DNA of 32,000 nt from Thalassobaculum sp. (GCA_048983575.1 JBLZTD010000001.1:2562005-2594004); one strand, 5' to 3'; counted from the stretch's first letter, positions 1 to 8,427 are shown. Numbers and translations: made by a program. The notes: a model not told the origin generated them from the sequence alone.

Positions 1-203
1 CTGACGGGATCGGTCGAGCGTCCGATTGTCTTAGAAGACCGGGACCGGAGGCACAACCACGGCTATCGTTCTGCTATGATCGTGCTGGAGGGATGCGGGC
101 ATGTCTGTCGCCGGGAGTTGCTCGCCGGCGGATCCCTTCGCCATCGGATGGGGCCAGCCGGTATGGTCGGTCGTCCGCATCTGTGGTCTCGTCTCTGTCG
201 GGT

Positions 204-1208
204 ATGCGAATGACGGTCTCCACGAAGCGCGTTTTCGTCCTGGGGGCGACGGGTACGATCGGTCGGGCAACGGTCCGTGCCCTTGTCGATCGGGGCCATG
301 AGGTCGTCTGTTTCGCACGGCCCCGCGCGGGCGTGAACGGTCGGCTGGGCGCGGCGGAGATCGCCGCCCTCTTTCCCGGCGCCACCGTGCGGTTCGGCGA
401 CGTCACCGATCCGGGGTCGCTTTCTCGCGACGGTTTCGCCGGGGAACGGTTCGACGCGATCGTCTCCTGTCTCGCGTCCAGAACGGGCGATCCGGGCGAT
501 GCCTGGGCGATCGATCACGACGCGCACCTGGCCGCTCTGCAGGCCGCGCAGGCTGCGGAGGTTGGTCATATGGTGCTGTTGTCGGCCATATGTGTGCAGA
601 AGCCGCTGCTCGCTTTCCAGCAGGCGAAGCGGGCGTTCGAGACCGCCCTGATGGAGTCGGGCATGACCTATTCCATCGTCAGACCGACGGCCTTCTTCAA
701 ATCTCTGTCCGGGCAGGTCGAGCGTCTCAAGCGCGGAAAACCCTTCCTGGTGTTCGGGGATGGCGAGCTCACCGCGTGCAAACCCATCAGCGACAGCGAT
801 CTGGGGCGCTACCTTGCCCGGTGTCTGGAAGATGGGACCCTGCAGGACCGCGTGCTTCCCATCGGCGGTCCGGGGGCCGCCCTCACGCCGCGTCAGCAGG
901 GGGAGCTCCTGTTCTCGCTGATGGGCCGGGAGCCGCGATTCAGCCACGTGCCGGTCCGTATGCTCGACGCGGTGATCCAGGTCCTCAGTCTCGCGGGGCG
1001 GGTCTCGCCGGCCGCCGCCCGAAAGGCCGATCTCGCCCGGATCGGCCGATACTACGCGACCGAATCGATGCTCGTCTGGGATGTGGGAGCAGGGCGCTAC
1101 GATGCGGAGGCCACGCCGTCCTTCGGGGAGGACACCCTGCGCGATCACTACGCCAGGCTGATCAGCGGCGAGGCGACGGTCGAGCGTGGGGATCACGCTG
1201 TGTTCTGA
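204..1208 (+). CDS. NAD(P)H-binding Rossmann-fold reductase, DVR/BciA-like (divinyl chlorophyllide 8-vinyl-reductase family) / NmrA-like
   Basis: In-frame part of ORF 93..1208. The dinucleotide-binding motif VFVLGATGTIGRA begins right after the Met codons at 204/210, so the upstream 37 codons are probably not translated. The internal block YSIVRPTAFFKSL...FGDGELTACKPIS matches what I recall of the DVR/BciA family. The start is ambiguous (204 or 210). Confidence 0.7.
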   Translation: MRMTVSTKRVFVLGATGTIGRATVRALVDRGHEVVCFARPRAGVNGRLGAAEIAALFPGATVRFGDVTDPGSLSRDGFAGERFDAIVSCLASRTGDPGDAWAIDHDAHLAALQAAQAAEVGHMVLLSAICVQKPLLAFQQAKRAFETALMESGMTYSIVRPTAFFKSLSGQVERLKRGKPFLVFGDGELTACKPISDSDLGRYLARCLEDGTLQDRVLPIGGPGAALTPRQQGELLFSLMGREPRFSHVPVRMLDAVIQVLSLAGRVSPAAARKADLARIGRYYATESMLVWDVGAGRYDAEATPSFGEDTLRDHYARLISGEATVERGDHAVF

Positions 1209-1225
1209 AAGCATCGTCGATATTG

Positions 1226-1244
1226 TTCGTTTTAATGGAACGAA
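1226..1244. promoter_or_regulatory. Inverted repeat TTCGTT-N7-AACGAA (reads as TTCG-N11-CGAA, LysR-box-like) in the AT-rich gap upstream of dabB
   Basis: Read directly: ttcgttttaatggaacgaa, with 6-bp perfect arms. It sits in the only AT-rich stretch (1209-1280) between the reductase stop and the dabB start. No cognate regulator gene is seen next to it. Confidence 0.3.
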
Positions 1245-1324
1245 TTGATAGAAACATTGTAATTTTTGTGTGAATAGGGCTCCGCTACATACCGCCGACC
1301 CAATTGCTCTTACCGGAGTCGGCC

Positions 1325-2899
1325 ATGTCATCTCTTGCCCCCGTTCTTGCGCTTGCGGCACCGCTCTGTCTCGCCGGTGCTGCCGTCCTCGCCGGCACGC
1401 AACCCGGGCGTCGACCGGTGCGGGCGCTGTCGGCGGGGACGCTCGGGACGGGCGCCGCCCTGGCGGCCGCCGTTCTCTCGGCTTTACTCCTTGTGTTGAA
1501 CGCCCCCGTCCAGCCACGGGGCGCGACCTCCCTTGTGCCGGTGCACCTCGATGCGATCAGCGCGGTCATGCTGGTCCTGGTGACCTTCCTTGGAGCGGTG
1601 ATCGTTCGTTTCAGTCGGAACTATCTCGACGGCGATGAGCGTCAGGGGCTCTTCACCGCCTGGCTCTGTCTCACTCTGGCGGCGGTCGCGACGCTGGTGA
1701 TCGCGGGCGATCTCTTTCTGCTGGTCGGTGCCTGGATCGCGACTAGCCTCGCGCTGCACAGGCTGCTGACATTCTATCCGGGCCGGCGTCTGGCCATCGC
1801 CGCGGCCGGTAAGAAATTCATTACCGCCCGGGCCGGCGATGTCTGCCTGATCGCGGCAGCCGTCATGCTCTATCTCGCTTTCGGATCGACGGACGTTGCC
1901 GCGATCCTGGACACCGCGGAGCGGGGCGGCGCCGGGGAGGCGGGGGGACTGGTTACCGCGGCCGGCCTGCTGATCGCCTTTGCGGCGCTCCTCAAGTCGG
2001 CGCAGTTTCCGACCCACGGCTGGCTGCTGGAGGTGATGGAGACACCGACGCCGGTCTCCGCTCTGTTGCACGCGGGCGTCGTCAACGCCGGCGGCTTCCT
2101 GGTGCTGCGGTTCGCCGATGTGATGCTTCTGGCGACCGGCGCGTTGCCCCTGCTGGCGATCGTCGGAGCGGCGACGGCCCTGATCGGGTCTGCCGTCATG
2201 CTGCGGCAGACCAGCGTCAAGGTCTCCCTAGCCTGGTCGACGATCGCGCAGATGGGCTTCATGCTTCTGCAATGCGGGCTTGGGGCGTTCTCCCTTGCCG
2301 CCCTGCATATCGTGGCCCATTCGCTCTACAAGGCCCACGCCTTCCTGTCTTCCGGCAGCGTCGTGGATCTCGCCCGGTACGCACAGCCGGTTCGGGTCGA
2401 TACCCCGCTTGCCGTGCGCAGCTTCCTGCCCGTGCTACTAGTCGCACTTGCGGTCGCCTACGGGATCGCTTTCTCGGCCGGACTCGGGCTGCACGAGGAT
2501 GCGGGCGAGCTGGCTCTGGGCGCGATCCTGGTCATGGCGCTCTCGATCCTGCTGACCCGTCAATCGGCGATGCGCTCCGGCACTCGGCTGGTGTTCAGGA
2601 GCGCGCTGCTCGCCGGATCGGTGACGGGCGGCTATCTCGCCCTCCACGCGGCTGCGTCCTGGGTGCTGGGTTCCGCCCTGCCGGCGGCTCCGGAACCGGG
2701 TCCGATCGGTCTGCTGATCCACGCGGCGATCGTGCTCTCGTTCCTGGCGGTCACCGTCGTCCAGGTCTGCGGGTATCTCGGCGCCGGTGATCGAGGTCCA
2801 CGCGGCTTCACCGTGCATCTCGCCAATGGCTTCTACGCCAACGCTTGGTTTGACCGGCTCGTCGGCAGCTACCGACTGACCGGACACGGGCGTCGTTGA
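1325..2899 (+). CDS. dabB: DabB, NuoL/Nad5/MrpA-type proton-conducting membrane subunit of the DAB inorganic-carbon pump
   Basis: ORF 1304..2899 (TTG). I prefer the ATG at 1325, preceded by GGAG at 1315-1318. The protein is polytopic and hydrophobic, with PF00361-like blocks (KSAQFPTHGWLLEVMETPTPVSALLHAGVVNAGGFLVLRF; WSTIAQMGFM). It stands alone without other complex I or Mrp subunits and lies immediately upstream of a DUF2309 gene. Confidence 0.85.
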   Translation: MSSLAPVLALAAPLCLAGAAVLAGTQPGRRPVRALSAGTLGTGAALAAAVLSALLLVLNAPVQPRGATSLVPVHLDAISAVMLVLVTFLGAVIVRFSRNYLDGDERQGLFTAWLCLTLAAVATLVIAGDLFLLVGAWIATSLALHRLLTFYPGRRLAIAAAGKKFITARAGDVCLIAAAVMLYLAFGSTDVAAILDTAERGGAGEAGGLVTAAGLLIAFAALLKSAQFPTHGWLLEVMETPTPVSALLHAGVVNAGGFLVLRFADVMLLATGALPLLAIVGAATALIGSAVMLRQTSVKVSLAWSTIAQMGFMLLQCGLGAFSLAALHIVAHSLYKAHAFLSSGSVVDLARYAQPVRVDTPLAVRSFLPVLLVALAVAYGIAFSAGLGLHEDAGELALGAILVMALSILLTRQSAMRSGTRLVFRSALLAGSVTGGYLALHAAASWVLGSALPAAPEPGPIGLLIHAAIVLSFLAVTVVQVCGYLGAGDRGPRGFTVHLANGFYANAWFDRLVGSYRLTGHGRR

Positions 2900-2912
2900 G
2901 GAGGATGAACCG

Positions 2913-5429
2913 ATGAATGCTCAGACCGGACTCAAAGCCGCGGCCGATGTGCAGCCCGACCGGGCCTGGACCGAAACCAATGCGCGGGACCCGATGGCAC
3001 CCATTGAAACAGCGCTGCGTCGGATCGCGCCTCTCTGGCCGCTCGACAGGTTTGTCGCCGTCAATCCGTTCCTCGGACTCGACGACCACAGCTTCGGCGA
3101 GGCCGTTACTCGGATCGAACAGGTGTCCGGCGGCCGCATGCTCATGGATCGCGCGTTCTTCGCGGAAGCTCTGAAGACGGGACGGATCGAGGATCGGGAT
3201 ATTGCCGACGCCTTGGCGGCCGTCGGGACGCGGCCGGGGCTGCCGCAGTCGGTGGCGGATGTCAAAGCGGCGCTCTCCGACGACCAGCACGTCCCCTCAG
3301 CCACGGCACCGATCAAGACGGTGGCGGATCTGGCGGCCGCTCTGACGGGGACCGACTGGGTGCAGATCCTCGTGCAGCAGATCTCGCAATCCGCGGCGGC
3401 GTATTTCGGATCGCACGCCGACGGTCCAAGGGGAACGATGTCCCGGTCGGGCTTCTACGAGGCTTGGCGCTCGACGGTCGTCGCCGACCGGACTCCGGAA
3501 GTCCTCGGTCTCAAGGGCGCGCGCCGGCATGCGCAGCATCTTCCGGACGATGCGCGGGACATGGTCGTCGAGGGCCTTCGTCTTCTCGGCGTGACCGGGG
3601 CCGGGAGCGAATTCTACTGCCATCGGCTGCTCATGAGCGTTTCCGGCTGGGCCGGCTACGCCCGGCACCTGCACTGGGAGGCGGAGCTTGCCGGCGGCGG
3701 CGACGATCACCTGCTCGAGCTGCTGGCCGCCCGGCTGGGCTGGGAGGTCATTCTGCGGGGCAGTCTGTTCGACGATATCGACATGTCGTCTCTCTGGTCC
3801 GTGGAGCGCTCCCGGTATGCGTCCGACGCGGGCGGATCTTCGGATCGGGCGTTAGAGGAACTGCTCCTGTCGGCCTACGAGCGGGCTTGGCAGCGGCGGT
3901 TCGTTCTCGGATTGGCTGGGCGCGAAGCTACCCCCGCCGCACTCCGGCCGGCGGTGCAGGCCGCGTTCTGCATCGACGTCCGCTCCGAGGTCTTCAGGCG
4001 GGCCTTCGAAAGCGTCTCCCCGGATATCGAGACCATCGGTTTCGCCGGGTTTTTCGGTCTGCCGCTGGAGCATGTGCCGTTAGGGGCCGAGCGGGGCCTC
4101 AGCCACTGCCCGGTTCTCGTTCCTGCGGGCATTACTGCGCGCGAGGCGGCGTCGAGCGAGGCGGAGAACCGGGCCCTGACAGAGACGCGGCAGGTGCGGC
4201 GGGGCCTCCTCGATGCGTGGAGCAAGGCGAAACGCGCGTCCGTCTCGAGCTTTCCGTTCGTTGAAGTCGCGGGGCTCGGTTACGCCGTGAAGCTGGCCAC
4301 CGATGCCCTCGGGATCACGCGGCCGGTGGAGGATCCGAAGCGGGCGGGGCTCACGCCGGCCGAGAAATCGCGTCTCGGTCCGGGTGCCGATCTTTTCGCC
4401 GTCCAGGACGGGACACATGGCATCGGGACCGCGCAGCGGGTCCAGATGGCGACGTCCATCCTGAAGGGAATGTCCCTAACGCGGCGTTTCGCTCCCCTGG
4501 TTCTGCTCGTCGGACACGGGGCGTCGACCGTCAACAATCCTCATGCGAGCGGACTGGATTGCGGCGCATGCGGCGGTCAGAGCGGTGAGGTGAATGCCCG
4601 GGTGGCGGCGGCGATCCTGAACGATCCCGAGGTCCGCAACGGTCTCGCGGAGAGCGGACTCGTCATCCCCGACGACACGCTTTTCGTCGGCGCTCTGCAC
4701 GATACAACGACGGACGAGGTGACCCTTTTTGCCGACGGCGCCGACTCGTTGCGCCACGTAGCCGTCCTCGACGACTGTCGGGAATGGCTGGCCGCCGCCG
4801 GCCGGATCGCCCGGCTGGAGCGGATGCCGAAGCTGAACGGCGCTGACCCCTCAGACCAGCTTGCGGCGGTTCAGGCGCGGGCCCGCGACTGGAGCCAGGT
4901 TCGGCCGGAATGGGGGCTGGCCGGGTGTGCGGCGTTCGTCGCGGCACCCCGCGGTCGGACCGCCGGTCTCGATCTCGACGGTCGGGTCTTTCTGCACAGC
5001 TACGACTGGAAGAGCGATCCCGAGTTCGCGGTTCTTGATCTGATCATGACGGCACCGATGGTCGTCGCCAGCTGGATCAACCTCCAGTACTACGGGTCGA
5101 GCGTCGATAATGCCGTGTTCGGCAGCGGCAACAAGACACTGCACAACGCGGTCGGCGCCATCGGCGTGTTCGAAGGCAACGGTGGCGACCTGCGGACCGG
5201 TCTGCCCTGGCAGTCGGTCCATGATGGCGAGCGCTTGGTCCACGAACCCATGCGGCTGTCCGTCTTCATCGAAGCCCCGCAGGCGGCGATCGACGGGGTG
5301 ATCGAGCGGCACGAGGCGGTCGGCCGGTTGGTGCGGAACGGCTGGATCGCTCTCTTCTCGCTGGACGAGACGGGGAACGCTGCCCGGCGCTGCGCCGCAC
5401 CGGACCGGTGGGAGCCGGTGGAGCCGTGA
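2913..5429 (+). CDS. dabA: DabA (DUF2309/UPF0753), putative zinc-dependent CO2-hydrating subunit of the DAB pump
   Basis: 838-aa ORF with SD GAGGAGG 6 nt upstream, 13 nt after the dabB stop. Family-typical blocks are WPLDRFVAVNPF, FCIDVRSE, GHGASTVNNPHASGLDCGACGG and SWINLQYY. Candidate ligands are C353, D355, H535 and C550. Confidence 0.9.
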   Translation: MNAQTGLKAAADVQPDRAWTETNARDPMAPIETALRRIAPLWPLDRFVAVNPFLGLDDHSFGEAVTRIEQVSGGRMLMDRAFFAEALKTGRIEDRDIADALAAVGTRPGLPQSVADVKAALSDDQHVPSATAPIKTVADLAAALTGTDWVQILVQQISQSAAAYFGSHADGPRGTMSRSGFYEAWRSTVVADRTPEVLGLKGARRHAQHLPDDARDMVVEGLRLLGVTGAGSEFYCHRLLMSVSGWAGYARHLHWEAELAGGGDDHLLELLAARLGWEVILRGSLFDDIDMSSLWSVERSRYASDAGGSSDRALEELLLSAYERAWQRRFVLGLAGREATPAALRPAVQAAFCIDVRSEVFRRAFESVSPDIETIGFAGFFGLPLEHVPLGAERGLSHCPVLVPAGITAREAASSEAENRALTETRQVRRGLLDAWSKAKRASVSSFPFVEVAGLGYAVKLATDALGITRPVEDPKRAGLTPAEKSRLGPGADLFAVQDGTHGIGTAQRVQMATSILKGMSLTRRFAPLVLLVGHGASTVNNPHASGLDCGACGGQSGEVNARVAAAILNDPEVRNGLAESGLVIPDDTLFVGALHDTTTDEVTLFADGADSLRHVAVLDDCREWLAAAGRIARLERMPKLNGADPSDQLAAVQARARDWSQVRPEWGLAGCAAFVAAPRGRTAGLDLDGRVFLHSYDWKSDPEFAVLDLIMTAPMVVASWINLQYYGSSVDNAVFGSGNKTLHNAVGAIGVFEGNGGDLRTGLPWQSVHDGERLVHEPMRLSVFIEAPQAAIDGVIERHEAVGRLVRNGWIALFSLDETGNAARRCAAPDRWEPVEP

Positions 5430-5442
5430 ACCCTTCGGGCCG

Positions 5443-6030
5443 TTAGCGGCCGGTTCCGGCCAGCGCGCTGTCGATCAGGGTCTTGGCCATGGATTTGGCG
5501 GTGCCGGCCGCCTCCGGCATTCCCCGGACCTGCGCGGTCACGATGGCGCCCTCCTTCAGCAGGGCGAGCTGTTCCGCGAGTTCCTTCGGATCGCGTGCAC
5601 CGATCTCCGTGCAGAGTGTGACCAGGTAGTCGACGATCTGCTGCTTGTGCTCGGCCGATGTCCGGTGCGCCGGATGGTCCAGCTCGGCGAACTCGCCGGC
5701 TGCGTTGATGAAGGCGCAGCCGGAAAAGCCGAGCCCTTCGAATGCGCGCCCGCGGAACCAGTCCTCCAGCGCATCGAACATCGCGAGAAGCCGATCGCGC
5801 GGATCGGCGGAGGCCCTTTCCATCTCTCCCGTCAGCCAGTTCCGGAACTGCTCGTCCCGGCGCTGCAGAGTGGCCAGGATCAGTTCGTCCTTGGATCGGA
5901 AGTGCTTGTAGAGGGTCATCTTCGCCACCCCGGCCTCGGCCAGGACCTTGTCGATTCCGGTGGCGTGGAAGCCTTGGGTGTAGAACAGGCGCAGGGCGGT
6001 ATCGACCAGCTCGTCTCGGCGCGATTTCAC
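5443..6030 (-). CDS. TetR/AcrR-family transcriptional regulator
   Basis: ORF 5443..6048 (TTG). The GTG at 6030 is preceded by AAGGAG with an 8-nt spacer, so I prefer 6030. The N-terminal HTH is TGIDKVLAEAGVAKMTLYKHFRSKDEL. The gene is convergent with dabA (13-nt gap). Confidence 0.88.
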   Translation of the reverse strand: MKSRRDELVDTALRLFYTQGFHATGIDKVLAEAGVAKMTLYKHFRSKDELILATLQRRDEQFRNWLTGEMERASADPRDRLLAMFDALEDWFRGRAFEGLGFSGCAFINAAGEFAELDHPAHRTSAEHKQQIVDYLVTLCTEIGARDPKELAEQLALLKEGAIVTAQVRGMPEAAGTAKSMAKTLIDSALAGTGR

Positions 6031-6067
6031 GGCACTCGCTCCTTCCAAAGGCTCAGAGGAAATTATG

Positions 6068-6084
6068 CAGACAGGTCTGTATAT
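6068..6084. promoter_or_regulatory. Operator candidate copy 1 (CAGACAGGTCTGTATAT) containing the inverted repeat CAGAC-N2-GTCTG
   Basis: An exact 17-nt sequence is repeated at 6160-6176. This copy lies about 38 nt upstream of the TetR start, in the divergent intergenic region. Confidence 0.5.
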
Positions 6085-6159
6085 GTATCGGTTCCTGCTG
6101 GATTTAAAGGAGAATCCGGGCTGGACCCGAAGAAATGCGATTTAGGACTTGTGAAAAGA

Positions 6160-6176
6160 CAGACAGGTCTGTATAT
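6160..6176. promoter_or_regulatory. Operator candidate copy 2 (CAGACAGGTCTGTATAT)
   Basis: Exact 17-nt repeat of 6068-6084, about 50 nt upstream of the AhpD-like gene start at 6226. Confidence 0.5.
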
Positions 6177-6225
6177 ATCTCTTCATCGCAACGGCGCGCT
6201 GGCGCCTGATCCGAGGAGAGTCCCG

Positions 6226-6774
6226 ATGACCCGTATTCCGCTTCCCGCCACCATCGACGCGGCGCCCGCCGCAGCCCGGCCGTTTCTCGAAGGCGTGGAA
6301 AAGATGCTCGGCAGTGTGCCGAATCTGTTTCGCCTGACCGCCAACAGCCCGTCCGCATTGGAAGGCTATCTCGGCCTGAATTCGGCCCTGTCCAAAGGCG
6401 CGCTCAAGCCGCAGACGCGGGAGCGCATCGCGCTCGCCGTGGCGCAGATCAACGGCTGCGACTACTGCCTTTCGGCCCATACCTATCTCGCCAAGAACCT
6501 GGCAAAGCTCGACGATGCGGAGATCGCCGCGAACCGAGCCGGTTCTTCGAGCGACCCGAAAGCCGATCTGGCGGTGCGGTTTGCCGTGCAACTCGTGCAA
6601 CAGCGCGGCCACGTGACCTCCGCAGACGTCGAGGCGGTCCGTCTTGCGGGCTACGGGGACGGCGAAATCGTCGAGATCGTGGCGCATGTCGCGCTCAACA
6701 CGCTGACCAACTACCTCAACGAGGCTTTCGGGACGCCGATCGACTTCCCGACCGTCAGCGCGAACGCCGCCTGA
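6226..6774 (+). CDS. Carboxymuconolactone decarboxylase / AhpD-like alkylhydroperoxidase-core family protein
   Basis: In-frame part of ORF 5647..6774. The ATG at 6226 is preceded by GAGGAGAG. The CxxC motif INGCDYCLSAH is typical of the AhpD-like core. The long N-terminal extension of the ORF is antisense to the TetR gene. Confidence 0.85.
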   Translation: MTRIPLPATIDAAPAAARPFLEGVEKMLGSVPNLFRLTANSPSALEGYLGLNSALSKGALKPQTRERIALAVAQINGCDYCLSAHTYLAKNLAKLDDAEIAANRAGSSSDPKADLAVRFAVQLVQQRGHVTSADVEAVRLAGYGDGEIVEIVAHVALNTLTNYLNEAFGTPIDFPTVSANAA

Positions 6775-6849
6775 CGAACTCCGCGCTGCGGGTGGATTTC
6801 ATTCCCGCCCGCGGCGCGGCCCTCTCGGGATCGAAGAAGGAGACATCCG

Positions 6850-7314
6850 ATGACCCGTCCGCCCTGTCCACCGTTCGACGACGCCACGGCCCGACTGAAG
6901 GTGCGTAAGGCGGAGGACGCCTGGAACAGCCGATCTCCCGAGCAGGTGGCCCTGGCCTATACGGCGGACAGCCTCTGGCGGAACCGGGCCGAGACCTTCA
7001 CGGGCCGCGATCGGATCGTGGAGTTCCTGAGCCGGAAATGGGCCCGCGAGCACGAATACCGCCTCATCAAGGAACTCTGGGCTTTCGGGGGCGACCGCAT
7101 CGCCGTCCGATTTGCCTACGAATACCGGGACGACGGCGGCTTCTGGCTCCGGGCCTATGGCAATGAGAACTGGGAGTTTGCGCCGGACGGCCTGATGCGG
7201 CGGCGCATCGCCTCAATCAACGACCTGCCGATCACCGAAGACCGGCGGCTGTTCCACTGGCCGCTCGGACCACGTCCGGAGGATCACCCAGGGCTGTCGG
7301 CATTGGGCCTGTAG
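6850..7314 (+). CDS. DUF1348 / NTF2-like (SnoaL-like fold) family protein
   Basis: 154-aa ORF with SD GAAGGAG upstream. The sequence ([22 protein letters not shown]...[22 protein letters not shown]...) matches my memory of DUF1348 proteins. Confidence 0.75.
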   Translation: MTRPPCPPFDDATARLKVRKAEDAWNSRSPEQVALAYTADSLWRNRAETFTGRDRIVEFLSRKWAREHEYRLIKELWAFGGDRIAVRFAYEYRDDGGFWLRAYGNENWEFAPDGLMRRRIASINDLPITEDRRLFHWPLGPRPEDHPGLSALGL

Positions 7315-7488
7315 CGCAAGAACCGCAGCCACATAGAACCTGAGCGCCGTCCTCTGGGCGCCCGCCATCCATCGAGACGGACCCACCCCCCGCGGGCAGC
7401 CCATGCCCGCGAACGGGAGAAGTTTGCCCCGACCGACCGCGGCGGACCTCGCGTCCGTCCCACCCTAACCGAGAGAAGGAGCACTGCA

Positions 7489-8355
7489 ATGGATACCAAG
7501 CATGATCACGTCCACGACCAGCACTGCGGCTGCGGCGCCACGCATGAGCGCGTCGACCTGGCGCGCCGCCGCCTGCTTGCCGGTGCGGCGGGAGCCACGA
7601 TCGCCGGCGCCGCCGGGGTGAGCGGGACCGCCATGGCCGCCACCGACGACGCCCGGGCCCTGTACGCGGATCCGGATCAGCCGGGCCTGCCGCAGATCGA
7701 CGTGGTCGTCGATCCGGGCCGGACCGCGCTGGTCGTTACCGACCCGCAGATCGATTTCCTGTCGGAGAAGGGGGTCACCTGGGGGGTCGTCGGTGAAAGC
7801 GTCACCGAGCAGGGGACGGTCGACAACATCGAACGCCTGTTCGTCGCCGCGAAGGCCGCCGGCATGCCGGTGTTCATCTCGCCCCATTACTACTATCCGC
7901 ACGACCACCGCTGGCAGTTCGAGGGCACCCTGGAGAAGACCATGCACGGGATCGGCATGTTCGATCGGCCGGGCCCCCTGTCTCTCGAGGGCTTCGATGG
8001 ATCGGGTGCCGACTGGATGCCGCAGTACAAGAAGTACATCGAGGATGGCGAGACGATCGTCTGCTCGCCCCACAAGATCTACGGTCCGGCCCAGAACGAT
8101 CTCAACCTGCAGCTCCGCAAACGCGGCATCGACAAGGTCATTCTGGCGGGCATGTCGGCTAACCTGTGCACCCAGGCGCATCTCTACGAGCTCCTGGAAC
8201 TCGGCTTCGAAGTCGCGGTCGTGCGGGACGCGACCGCCGGTGCCAAGGTTCCCGAGGGGGACGGCTATCTGGCCGCCATCATCAATTTCCGGATGGTCGC
8301 CAACGCCGTCTGGTGGACCGAGGAGGCCGTGGAGCGGATCGCGCGCGGTGCCTGA
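7489..8355 (+). CDS. Isochorismatase-family cysteine hydrolase with twin-arginine (Tat) signal
   Basis: 288-aa ORF with SD AAGGAG upstream. The Tat-like leader is RRRLLAGAAGATIAGAAGVSGTAMAA. Isochorismatase-type blocks are ALVVTDPQIDF and ILAGMSANLCTQAH (candidate catalytic Cys). Confidence 0.8.
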   Translation: MDTKHDHVHDQHCGCGATHERVDLARRRLLAGAAGATIAGAAGVSGTAMAATDDARALYADPDQPGLPQIDVVVDPGRTALVVTDPQIDFLSEKGVTWGVVGESVTEQGTVDNIERLFVAAKAAGMPVFISPHYYYPHDHRWQFEGTLEKTMHGIGMFDRPGPLSLEGFDGSGADWMPQYKKYIEDGETIVCSPHKIYGPAQNDLNLQLRKRGIDKVILAGMSANLCTQAHLYELLELGFEVAVVRDATAGAKVPEGDGYLAAIINFRMVANAVWWTEEAVERIARGA

Positions 8356-8391
8356 GGACGACCGCTCCGCAAGCCGTCGATCTCCGAATGG

Positions 8392-8427
8392 CTCCGGTCC
8401 GGCGCGTTTGGTCGCGCCGGACCGGAG
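8392..8427. terminator. Perfect 15-bp stem / 6-nt loop hairpin between convergent genes (bidirectional terminator candidate)
   Basis: Read directly: ctccggtccggcgcg-tttggt-cgcgccggaccggag. It lies between the isochorismatase stop (8355) and the SulP stop (8450). There is no clear U-tract. Confidence 0.6.

Noticed and set aside
1-213. Open frame running from the window edge to a TGA at 211-213 that overlaps ATG-210 as ATGA (looks like translational coupling with an upstream gene)
   Set aside because: The third-codon-position G+C of this frame is clearly lower than in the real genes here. The translation (…CRRELLAGGSLRHRMGPAGMVGRPHLWSRLCRVCE) looks non-protein-like. I treat it as non-coding, though the left edge cannot be resolved.
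63-1517. 484-aa minus-strand ORF (plus 31..318 and 74..406) antisense to the reductase gene
   Set aside because: This is a shadow ORF typical of very GC-rich DNA. Its translation is Arg/Pro/Gly-rich with no recognisable motif. The plus-strand frame carries a clear Rossmann GATGTIG motif and DVR-like blocks.
5647-6225. N-terminal 193 codons of ORF 5647..6774
   Set aside because: This stretch is antisense to the well-supported TetR gene. The AhpD-like homology begins only at the ATG at 6226, which has a strong GAGGAGAG Shine-Dalgarno.
7343-7361. Short GC hairpin (GCGCC-N8-GGCGC) downstream of the DUF1348 gene, considered as a terminator
   Set aside because: It has only a 5-bp stem and no U-tract. 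Such stems are expected by chance at this GC content.
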